Assembly: GCF_006345805.1 (NCBI RefSeq)
Contig: NW_021826521.1
Location: 1-12,469, forward strand
DNA from: Octopus sinensis
Taxonomy: Eukaryota
Direction of reading: 5' to 3'
DNA: 12,469 nucleotides
A model generated the notes under the pieces. It searched no databases. It was not told the DNA's origin and saw only the letters and a list, made by a program, of their open reading frames with translations. The stretch's first letter is position 1; every line of letters begins with the position of its first letter. Of this stretch, positions 1-8,320 are shown one piece after another. The translations under genes were made by a program, and so were the position numbers.

Positions 1-620
1 TCCACCCTCTTCTCCTCCACTCTCTCCTCCTCCAATCTCTCCTCCTCCACTCTCTCCTCCTCCACTCTCTCCTCCGCCACTCTCTCCTCCTCCACTCTCT
101 CTTCCTCCACCCTCTTCTCCTCCACTCTCTCCTCCTCCAATCTCTCCTCCTCCACTCTCTCCTCCTCCACTCTCTCCTCCGCCACTCTCTCCTCCTCCAC
201 TCTCTCCTCCTCCACTCTCCTCCATCTCTCCTCCTCCACTCTCTCCTCCTCCACTCTCTCCTCCGCACTCTCTCTCCGCCACTCTCTCATCCCCACTCTC
301 TCTCCTCCACTCTCTCCTCTCCATCTCTCCTCTCACTCTCCTCCTCCACTCTCTCCTTCCACTCTTCCCTCCACCTCTCTCCTCCCACTATCTCCTCCAC
401 CTCTCTCCTCCACCCTCTTCTCACTCTACCCTCTTCTTCCTCCTCCACTCTTTCCCCTCCTCTCCCTCCTCCTCCACTCTCTCCTCCGCCACTCTCTCCT
501 CCTCCAATCTCTCCTCCTCCACTCTCTCCTCCTCCACTCTCTCCTCTTCCACCCTCTCTTCCTCCACCCTCTTCTCCTCCACCCTCTCCTCCTCCACACT
601 CTGCTCCTCCACCCTTTCCT
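1..620. repeat. 15-bp pyrimidine-rich minisatellite (consensus TCCACTCTCTCCTCC), degenerating after ~210
   Basis: Exact 15-bp periodicity over 1-210; degenerate copies to ~620; reads as EERVE repeats on the minus strand. Confidence 0.9.
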
Positions 621-639
621 CCTCCCTATCTACCCTTAC

Positions 640-910
640 CTTCTTCCCATCTCCCACCTCACCTCTTCCTTCCCATCTACCTACCCCCTCTTGCACCCCA
701 CCTCTCCACCCCTAACCCAAACAACCAACCACCCTCCACCCTCCACCTTCCACCCTCTCCTCCTCTCCCTTCTTCCATCTCCCACCCACCCCCACCTCAC
801 CTCTTCCTTCCCATCTACCTACCCTCCTCTTCTTCCACCCCACCTCCCCACCCCTAACCCAAAAAGACCAACCAACCACCCTCCACCTTCCACTCTCCCC
901 CCTCCCTCCA
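640..910. repeat. C/T-rich low-complexity tandem duplication, period ~138 bp
   Basis: CCCACCTCACCTCTTCCTTCCCATCTACCTACC starts at 653 and 791; CCCCTAACCCAAA and CAACCAACCACCCTCCACC also occur twice. Confidence 0.8.
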
Positions 911-1240
911 CCTACATGAAAACAATCTCTACATCACAAAAGCCATCACAGTTAACAACCATTACACCCTTAGGCAATTCTTTCCATTTTTTTTTAATTT
1001 CCTTTCCTCCATCAAAAAACAAACAAAAGACACAAACATTGGAAACCAATTATGGTGAAGGGGTGGGGGAGGGGAGTGCAGGCCGGGTCCTTACCTGGTC
1101 ATGAAACGGGGCTAGAAATACCAGCCATAAGAGATAAGGGTTATTGGTAGATGTGTTATTGGTATTGCACCGAATATAATCTGTGGAATAGTCATGGTTA
1201 GAGACCTCTCGATCAGGACTTACATGTGACTAGATAGCTT

Positions 1241-1265
1241 GTGTGTGTGTGTATATATATGTATG

Positions 1266-1322
<57 letters not shown>

Positions 1323-1326
1323 GTAT
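1241..1326. repeat. (TG)n/(TA)n microsatellite
   Basis: Direct reading. Confidence 0.95.
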
Positions 1327-1769
1327 ACTCTCTCTTTTTTTACTCTTTTACTTGTTTCAGTCATTTGACTACGGCCATGCTGGAGCACCGCCTGTAATCG
1401 AGCAACTGACCCCGGGTCTTATTCTTTGTAAGCCAGTATTTATTTTCTATCCGTTCTTTTGCCGAACCGCTAGTGGCGGGGACATAAACACACCAGCATC
1501 GGTTGTCAAGCAATGCTAGGGGGACAAACACAGACACACAAACATACACACACACACACACACATACACACATATATATATATATACATATATATACATA
1601 TATACGACAGGCTTCTTTCAGTTTTCGTCTACCAAATCCACTCACAAGGCTTTGGTCAGCCCGAGGCTATAGTAGAAGACACTTGCCCAAGGTGCCACGC
1701 AGTGGGACTGAACCCGGATCCATGTGGTTGGTAAGCAAGCTACTTACCACACAGCCACTCCTGCGCCTA
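1327..1769 (-). mobile_element. tRNA-derived SINE, near full length, with internal (CA/TA)n tract
   Basis: Minus strand starts GGCGCAGGAGTGGCTGTGTGGTAAG (A-box-like) then GGGTTCAGTCCC (B-box-like) and CACCTTGGGCAAGTGTCTT; 3' end GGCGGTGCTCCAGCATGGCCGTAGTCAAATGACTGAAACAAGTAAAAGAGTAA; second copy at 2061-2410. Resembles described octopus tRNA-SINEs (family not assigned). Confidence 0.9.
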
Positions 1770-1974
1770 TATACATATATATAACTCTATTTTTTCGTTG
1801 TTTAAGAAAAATGTCCATTTCCTTAGTTTTGTGTTTACGTTTTCGTTTCTCATTGTGTTCAACGTTTTTTTGGTGTCCTGTACCCATATATGCGTGTATA
1901 TATACATGTAGATGTATATATGCATATGTGTTATACATGTATGTATATATGCATATGTTTTATTTATTCTTTAT

Positions 1975-1985
1975 TATATATATAT

Positions 1986-2029
<44 letters not shown>

Positions 2030-2060
2030 TTATATATATATAATATATAAATATATATAT
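1975..2060. repeat. (TA)n microsatellite
   Basis: Direct reading. Confidence 0.95.
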
Positions 2061-2410
2061 AGGCACAAGAATGGGGTGTGGTAAGAAGCTTGCTTCCCAA
2101 CCACATGGTTCCAGGTTCAGTCCCACTGCGTGACACCTTAGCCAAGTGTCTTCTGCTATAGCTTTAGGCCAACCAAAGCCTTCTGAGTTGTTTTGGTGGA
2201 TGGAAACTGAAAGAAGCCCATCATATATATATATATATATGCATATGTGTATGTGTGCGTGTCTTTGTGTCTGTGTTTGTCTCCCCACCCATAACTGCTT
2301 GACAACCGGTGTTGGTGTGTTTATGTCTCCATCACTTAGCAGTTCAGTTAAAGAAACTGACAGAATAAGTACCAGGCCTAAAATATAAGTCTTGAGGTCA
2401 ATTTGTTCAA
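2061..2410 (+). mobile_element. tRNA-derived SINE, same family as 1327-1769, 3'-truncated
   Basis: About 84% identical by eye to the first copy over the first ~165 nt; B-box-like GGTTCAGTCCC; homology continues to AGAATAAGTACCAGGC and fades at ~2410. Confidence 0.9.
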
Positions 2411-2426
2411 TTTATTATAATTATAT

Positions 2427-2686
2427 AGTGGTTGTATACTGTCAACTTAACGTGATAGTAGGGGAATTACACCATCACTGTTTAGCCCTAGGAAGTATGC
2501 TTCCTGTCGGCCTCGACACATTTCCTGTGTCCTTATATATTTACAAAGGGGAGACAAATACCCCCAACAGCTAGGCCTGCATCTAAAGACATGCATGTTT
2601 CAGGGTCTTTGCCCACAGGAAATGTGTCGAGTCCGACAGGAAGCGTCAATGCTTCCTAGGGCTAAACAGCGGTGGTGTAATTCCCT
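2427..2686. mobile_element. Fold-back/MITE-like element with long inverted repeats
   Basis: Arms 2462-2529 and 2614-2685 are reverse complements (about 4 substitutions plus one short indel); 2427-2573 is repeated at 4690-4844. Confidence 0.8.
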
Positions 2687-2708
2687 TACTGGAGAAAAGA
2701 AAGAAAGA

Positions 2709-3293
2709 GACAAAGAACTAGAAAAGATGGTACTGTCTACTAAAAGTACCATCTACTAAAAGTACCGTCTACTAAAAGTACCGTCTACTAAAAGTACCGT
2801 CTACTAAAAGTACCATCTACTAAAAGTACCATCTACTAAAAGTACCATCTACTAAAAGTACCGTCTACTAAAAGTACCATCTACTAAAAGTATCGTCTAC
2901 TAAAAGTATCATCTACTAAAAGTACCATCTACTAAAAGTACCGTCTACTAAAAGTACCATCTACTAAAAGTACCGTCTACTAAAAGTACCATCTACTAAA
3001 AGTACCGTCTACTAAAAGTACCGTCTACTAAAAGTACCATCTACTAAAAGTACCGTCTACTAAAAGTACCATCTACTAAAAGTACCGTCTACTAAAAGTA
3101 CTATCTACTAAAAGTACCGTCTACTAAAAGTATCATCTACTAAAAGTACCGTCTACTAAAAGTACCGTCTACTAAAAGATGAAAGTGCAAGTATGTGGAC
3201 TATGAGGTGAGGGTCTGTCATTCCAGTAGTTGTAGACGCACTCGAAGCACTAACAACCAGGGTCGAGAAATATGTCAGAGAAATTGGAATTAA
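2709..3293 (+). mobile_element. RLE-type (R4/Dong-like) non-LTR retrotransposon fragment, left part, interrupted by a 16-bp minisatellite
   Basis: Reads DKELEKM (2709-2729), then KYRLLKDESASMWTMR (3160-3207), then after a frame break VIPVVVDALEALTTRVEKYVREIGIN; matches the EK..KY..L.....W......P.V.GALG pattern of RLE domain C-termini. Confidence 0.8.
2730..3178. repeat. 16-bp minisatellite (CTACTAAAAGTACCRT), 27 full units plus partial units
   Basis: Indel-free 16-bp period from 2737 to 3168, with partial units at 2730-2736 and 3169-3178. Confidence 0.97.
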
Positions 3294-3383
3294 CCCCTCA
3301 ATGGATTATCCCGAGTTTACTCGTGCATCGCAAATGTATCTTTTTAGAACCAGACGAGTATACTCGGTCAAAATTAACTTTTG

Positions 3384-3797
3384 ATAATATAATAATGAAA
3401 TTATTGTATACAGTGCTCAGGTGCACCACAACTTGTCAAAAGTGCTTATAAAGTGTATGCAGTAATGTACAAATGTCTGGGAAGTGAACAGTGTATGAGT
3501 CAGATACATGCTTGCGTGTGTATGGAGGGGAGAAAGATCAGGTGTAGTGTTGGTGAATCTTAGAAAGCATGGAAGTTTTGAAGGATGCAGTGCTCCGACA
3601 ACTAACAACTGATGCCAGCAGTTTGTTCCATGCTTCAGCAACTCTCAGCGGGAAAAAATGTTTCCGAAAGTCATGGGAGCTGTGCTGTTTTGTGACTTTG
3701 TAAACATGTCCACGGGTTTTAGACAGGTGGAGTTTGAAAAGGTGCTCAGAGTTATTGTTCGTAAGATGGTTAATAATTTTATGGGTGTCTGCCAACG
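3384..3797 (-). mobile_element. CR1-clade LINE 3' fragment (ORF2 C-terminus 3795-3538 plus 3' UTR)
   Basis: KTRGHVYKV...DFRKHFFPLRVAEAWNKL..SVVSC.S...FK matches the CR1 ORF2 C-terminal TRGH...RK.FF..RV...WN.LP..VV...S...FK pattern; short ATT-type tail near 3384-3397. Confidence 0.85.
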
Positions 3798-3846
3798 AGT
3801 TTGTTTGTTTTGTGTCATTTCATTTTGAACAATTTTTAAAAAATAG

Positions 3847-4239
3847 GCATTTTTTCATTTGATGGATTTGGCTATCTGGAATGCTTATGTTTTGTATAAA
3901 GCATCTTTGGAAACTTCAGCTTCTGCTATGAAACCGCTGAAATTTAGAATGCAAATAATCGCCAAGATTATTGAAAAATATAGGCCCTTATTGCCTCCCA
4001 CGAAACCAGGAAGACCATCATTGATCCCACATCCAACAAGATTTGCTCCAGCTGGTCACTTTCCCATGGAAATACCACCAAGCGATAAGAAAGAGAACCC
4101 TACAAGACAGTGTGCAAAATGCACAGAGAAGAGAGACGCTAAAGGAAAGAAGATTTGAAGAGAAAGCAGATACATGTGTGATGTCTGCAAGATAACTTTG
4201 TGTGTAACTCCTTGTTTTAAAAATTATCATTCTAAATAA
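3847..4239 (+). pseudogene. piggyBac (PGBD-like) transposase C-terminal remnant with cysteine-rich domain
   Basis: AFFHLMDLAIWNAYVLYK...FRMQII..., then CAKC...YMCDVCKITLCVTPCFKNYH; one in-frame TGA at 4156-4158 (plausibly CGA>TGA); catalytic core absent. Confidence 0.88.
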
Positions 4240-4338
4240 ACTGTCTATCTCATTTTTTAAAAATTTTCCTTTGATTTAAAAGCAATACATCTTAGAAAAA
4301 AATCAAAGATCGTTAAGTTATATGTATTTTTTTCAATG

Positions 4339-4566
4339 TCCAAGTTAACTCGAAGGAGAGGGGCTTTCTCCGTCCAGGTTGTGGATCCGTGGAATAAGCT
4401 GCCAGACGAGATAGTGAAGATGCCGACGACCGCTCGGTTCAAAGTCTCCCTTGACCACAAGTGGCCTGAACTCTTTACATGAACACCACCCTGTACATAA
4501 CTCCATGTCCCTCTACATGGCCTTACTTTTTTGCTTTTTGAGCCAAAAAATTAACTAACTAACTAA
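4339..4566 (+). mobile_element. CR1-clade LINE 3' fragment (different family from 3384-3797) with (TAAC)n tail
   Basis: 4339-4482 reads SKLTRRRGAFSVQVVDPWNKLPDEIVKMPTTARFKVSLDHKWPELFT*; TTAACTAACTAACTAA at 4551-4566. Confidence 0.82.
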
Positions 4567-4689
4567 ATCCAAATGAGTAAAAAAAGTACATTTTAATTTC
4601 TATAATAAAAAAATAAAGGAAATAAGAAAAAAAAACTTTTTTTGTAATTAACACAGTGTATATAATTAAAAAAAGGAAATAAAAGAAAG

Positions 4690-4844
4690 AGTGGTTGTAT
4701 ACTGTCAACATAACGTGACAGTCCCATAAAGGGAATTACACCACTGCTGTTTAGCCCTAGGAAGCATCAACGCTCCCTATCGGTCTTGACACATTTCCTG
4801 TGTCCTTATATTTGCAAAGGGGATACAAGCACCCCCACCAGCTA
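4690..4844. mobile_element. Partial second copy of the fold-back/MITE-like element (left arm)
   Basis: AGTGGTTGTATACTGTCAAC...GGGAATTACACC...TTTAGCCCTAGGAAG...GACACATTTCCTGTGTCCTTATAT aligns with 2427-2573. Confidence 0.8.
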
Positions 4845-4891
4845 TACTCTGAAAGGGAGCGCCATGTCAAAATAATTGATCCATTAAGGGG

Positions 4892-4951
4892 TTAACATGA
4901 GAGCAGAGCAAGCCCCAAAAAACTGCTGTGCTAGGGACAGCTAGAATTTTG
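4892..4951 (+). mobile_element. Right part of the RLE LINE fragment split by the piggyBac
   Basis: Continues (I)NMRAEQA-QKTAVLGTARIL with a 1-2 nt frameshift; typical RLE-element ORF end (QK..LLGTA.IL). Confidence 0.78.
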
Positions 4952-4972
4952 GGATTGATTCCCCCCCACCCC

Positions 4973-5327
4973 TTGCTGATGCCAGCGCCGCCTTGACTGG
5001 CTTCTGAGCCGGTGGCACGTAAAAAGCACCATCCGAACGTGGCCGATGCCAGCGCCGCCTTGACTGGCTTCCGTGCCGGTGGCATGTTAAAAGCACCAAC
5101 CGATCGTGGACGCTGCCAGACTCCCCTGGCACCTGTGCTGGTGGCACATAAAAAGCACCCACTACACTCACGGAGTGGTTGGCATTAGGAAGGGCATCCA
5201 GCTGTAGAAACACTGCCAGATCAGACTGGAGCCTGGTGCAGCCTTCTGGCTTCCCAGACCCCGGTCGAACCATCCAACCCATGCTAGCGCGGAAAACGGA
5301 CGTTAAACGATGATGATGATGATGATG
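4973..5327 (+). mobile_element. Retroposon (SINE or LINE 3' portion) with 67-bp internal repeats and (GAT)n tail
   Basis: Repeats start at 4978 and 5045, with a degenerate unit at ~5112; then GAGTGGTTGGCATTAGGAAGGGCATCCAGCTGTAGAAAC...GGAAAACGGACGTTAAAC and (GAT)n at 5309-5327; RTE-like 3' end recalled from memory. Confidence 0.7.
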
Positions 5328-5339
5328 TACTTGGATGTT

Positions 5340-5505
5340 GGATGTGGGATGTCTTCCATGATAATTCACAACCAAGTATGAAAACTTCTAATGTGTAGAA
5401 AGAGACCCTGTGTGATCTCTGACAGCAGGCTGTTGTTTGCCCTCACAGAATCTATCCGAGCAAACCAGACCAAGCGCTCTGAGAAGTAACATAATAATAA
5501 TGATT
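5340..5505 (+). mobile_element. Possible retroposon 3' end with short (AAT)n tail
   Basis: Non-coding stretch ending CCAAGCGCTCTGAGAAGTAAC followed by ATAATAATAAT; architecture like the neighbouring AAT-tailed elements; no second copy in the window. Confidence 0.35.
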
Positions 5506-5584
5506 ATTGTGTTATTTGATTATAATTATAATTATAATCAAATTTCAGAACAGGGCCAGCGGTTTCAGATCATGGGGCAAGTTG

Positions 5585-5705
5585 ATTACAATGACTCTGA
5601 TGCTCAATTTATTGATGCCCCGAAAGGATGAAAGCAAAGTCGACCTTGGTGGAATTCGAACTCACAAGCTCAGAATCGTAAGCTCAGCACTCTAACCACT
5701 GATCT
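5585..5705 (-). mobile_element. Diverged tRNA-derived SINE fragment with Meta-like conserved domain
   Basis: Minus strand: CAGTGGTTAGAGTGCT (A-box-like), GAGTTCGAATTCC (B-box), then GTCGACTTTGCTTTCATCCTTTCGGGG, resembling the MetaSINE central domain. Confidence 0.7.
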
Positions 5706-5985
5706 CTAGGAATGATAAAAAAAAAAGGTACTGAAACCTATTTCAAAATGATACCAGGCTTACCATCCCTACAGGAAGTGCAAAAACTCGTGTTAACTGG
5801 AATGGCTCATGTACTGAGAAGAGCATTATCGCTGTGAAAACAACTTCCATTCATGAATTTATCTATTTATTGATTTTTTTAAAATACATATTTTACCTGT
5901 GAATTTGTGTGTGTAATCTGGGAATGCATACAATGAGCTTCTCTGCCCTAGGTGTACAGAAAACGCTCGGCGAGAAACGGAAGGA
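5706..5985 (+). mobile_element. RLE-type (Dong/R4-like) LINE 3' end, family B
   Basis: 5706-5837 reads LGMIKKKGTETYFKMIPGLPSLQEVQKLVLTGMAHVLRRALSL*, paralogous to the family A ending; 3' UTR runs into (AAT)n. Confidence 0.8.
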
Positions 5986-6004
5986 AATAATAATAATAAT
6001 AATG

Positions 6005-6081
<77 letters not shown>

Positions 6082-6102
6082 TAATAATAATAATAATAAT
6101 AA

Positions 6103-6383
6103 GATACCTGCCAATTTTGAAGTTCATTCAACATCCTTAAACAATCCTTATACAGGGACCTTTTGAGTGGAATGGGCTACTCAAACAGAAGAAAATTCTA
6201 ACTGGGCCCCACCTGCAAGGTGATGCACTGTTTATCTTGATATGAGATCACCATGTCACACACATATGGTTGTGATGCATGTGCCTGGTGTACCCTTATC
6301 AGACGGGTAGTCATGATGGGTATACTGGGCTTTGTATATTTTAACCCGGTGTCACTTTGATGGCATGCACTGCTCTCTCACTC
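6103..6383 (+). mobile_element. Retroposon 3' end with (AAT)n tail (family unassigned)
   Basis: Complex sequence flanked on both sides by (AAT)n, ending GGCATGCACTGCTCTCTCACTC-AATAATAAT; recalled as an abundant octopus repeat (unverified). Confidence 0.6.
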
Positions 6384-6412
<29 letters not shown>

Positions 6413-6415
<3 letters not shown>

Positions 6416-6822
6416 CTGAGCAAATATAAAGATCTTGAAATAGAAATTAGCAAAATGTGGAACCTGAAGACTAAAACAATACCTGTTGTCATAGGTGCCC
6501 TGAGAATGATAGCAAAAGGGGCTGATTTTTACCTAACTCAGATACCAGGAAACACCAAAATGGCAGAAATTCAAAAGATAGTACTGATGGGAACTGCTCA
6601 TATCCTACGCAAAATACTTTCTATGTAATCTCAAATTTTAAAACAAACATAATTTTTGTATGTTTTTTTTTAGACATTCACTAGTACAACACTATGCACA
6701 AAACCAAATATATGGCACCCTAGGCATAACACCAACATGAACTTCCAACTTGTTGTCTCTTGGGGTCTCTGGGTGAGACTTGGAGCCAACTTGTACAAAT
6801 GTAAAGCAAAAGTCAAACATAG
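6413..6822 (+). mobile_element. RLE-type (Dong/R4-like) LINE 3' end, family A copy 1
   Basis: 6413-6628 is open: KLSKYKDLEIEISKMWNLKTKTIPVVIGALRMIAKGADFYLTQIPGNTKMAEIQKIVLMGTAHILRKILSM*; 3' UTR contains GTCTCTGGGTGAGAC hairpin; (AAT)n on both sides. Confidence 0.9.
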
Positions 6823-6848
6823 AATAATAATGATAATAATAATAATAA

Positions 6849-6945
6849 CCATCAGAGCATCACAACAAATCACAGCACATACCCAAGGCACACAGAGCTG
6901 TGCTCGGTAATGAAGTGAAAGCACGTTATAAAAATAAAACTCATG
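6849..6945 (+). mobile_element. Short retroposon 3' UTR fragment with (AAT)n tail (family unassigned)
   Basis: 97-bp complex insert between two (AAT)n tracts, ending GTGAAAGCACGTTATAAAAATAAAACTCATG. Confidence 0.55.
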
Positions 6946-6978
6946 AATGATAATAATAATAATAATAATGATAATAAT

Positions 6979-7140
6979 TTTCTCATGGTTTCTTAAACAT
7001 TCTAGAACACTAAGTACAAAACCAAATATATGGAACCCTAGGCATAACACCAACATGAACTTCCAACTTATTGTCTCTTGAGGTCTCTGGGTGAGACATG
7101 GAGCCAACTTGTATAAATGCAAAGCAAAAGTCAAATATAA
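6979..7140 (+). mobile_element. Family A copy 2 (3' UTR only)
   Basis: CAAAACCAAATATATGG...GTCTCTGGGTGAGAC...AAAGCAAAAGTCAAA aligns with ~6695-6820; followed by (AAT)n. Confidence 0.88.
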
Positions 7141-7195
<55 letters not shown>

Positions 7196-7224
7196 GGTAA
7201 CTTCTGCAGAAGGTATACAAAAGC

Positions 7225-7419
7225 AAAAAACAAGAAGATTGGCATTGTTATCAGGTGAATGATATTTCGGCATCTCGTGTGTCTTTCACAGGTTCAAAAA
7301 ATAAACTTGTCAATCTACTTCATTTTTGGTAATGTTTTATAGGGATTGAACCCGTGGAAGGCAGACTAGATGCTGAAATATCGTTCATTTGATAACAACG
7401 GCACTCTTCATTTTTTTTT
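7225..7419. repeat. Imperfect palindrome (73-bp arms, 48-bp loop), MITE-like
   Basis: 7225-7297 versus the reverse complement of 7346-7418: 59/73 matches without gaps (hand count). Confidence 0.8.
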
Positions 7420-7441
7420 ATTAATAATGATGATGATGATG

Positions 7442-7494
<53 letters not shown>

Positions 7495-7510
7495 TAATAA
7501 TAATAATAAT

Positions 7511-7918
7511 GAGCAAGTATGAAGATCTTGAAATAGAAATCAGCAAAATGTGGAACCTGAAGACTAAAACAAACCTGTTGTCATAGGTGCCCAGGGAATG
7601 ATAGCAAAAGGGCTGATTGCTACCTAACTCAGATACCAGGAAACCCCAAAATGGCAGAAATTCAAAAGATAGTGCTCATGGGAACTGCTCATATCCTACG
7701 CAAAATACTTTCTATGTAATCTCAAGTTTTAAAACAAACATAATTTTCGTTTTTTTTATTTTATTTATTAGACATTCACTAGTACAACACCAAAAAAAAC
7801 CCCAAATATATGGCACACTAGGCATAACAACAACATGAACTTCCAACCTGTTGTCTCTTGAGGTCTCTGGGTGAGACTTGGAGCCAACTTGTACAAATAT
7901 AAAGCAAAGTCAAACATA

Positions 7919-7919
<1 letters not shown>
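7511..7919 (+). mobile_element. Family A copy 3 (RLE C-terminus with two frameshifts plus 3' UTR)
   Basis: About 94% identical to copy 1 over the coding part (10 substitutions and 2 single-base deletions in ~211 nt); (AAT)n on both sides. Confidence 0.9.
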
Positions 7920-7972
<53 letters not shown>

Positions 7973-7976
7973 TGAT

Positions 7977-8025
<49 letters not shown>

Positions 8026-8075
8026 AATGAATAATAATAATAATAATAATATAATATAATGATGATGATAATAAT

Positions 8076-8112
<37 letters not shown>

Positions 8113-8199
8113 GATGATGATGATGATGATGATATGATGATGATGATGATGATAATAATATAATATATAATAATAATAATAAAAATAATGATAATGATG

Positions 8200-8248
<49 letters not shown>

Positions 8249-8256
8249 TAATGATG

Positions 8257-8320
<64 letters not shown>

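Larger units (their letters stand above)
3294..4891 (+). mobile_element. Internally deleted piggyBac-like DNA transposon with nested insertions
   Basis: TTAA at 3290-3293 and 4892-4895; 13-bp TIRs CCCCTCAATGGAT / CCCCTTAATGGAT (12/13 match); subterminal palindromes CGAGTTTACTCG (3312) and CGAGTATACTCG (3355); internal transposase C-terminus; the flanking RLE reading frame rejoins across the TTAA. Confidence 0.9.

Noticed and set aside
421-696. 91-aa EERVE-repeat ORF on the minus strand
   Set aside because: Translation of the 15-bp minisatellite; no splice signals or non-repetitive coding content.
691-1104. 137-aa Pro/His/Thr-rich ORF
   Set aside because: Arises from the C-rich low-complexity duplication.
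1690-2135. tRNA genes at the A/B-box motifs
   Set aside because: They are SINE heads continuing into shared SINE bodies; no convincing cloverleaf.
2730-3178. CRISPR-like regular array
   Set aside because: Head-to-tail 16-bp units with no spacers, no cas genes, eukaryotic context.
3859-4158. Functional transposase or domesticated PGBD gene
   Set aside because: Catalytic core missing, in-frame stop before the last cysteines, flanked by CR1 insertions.
7255-7295. Hammerhead ribozyme or Penelope-like end (minus strand CCTGTGAAAG...CCGAAATATC)
   Set aside because: The CUGAUGA core is not present and the required stems are not evident.
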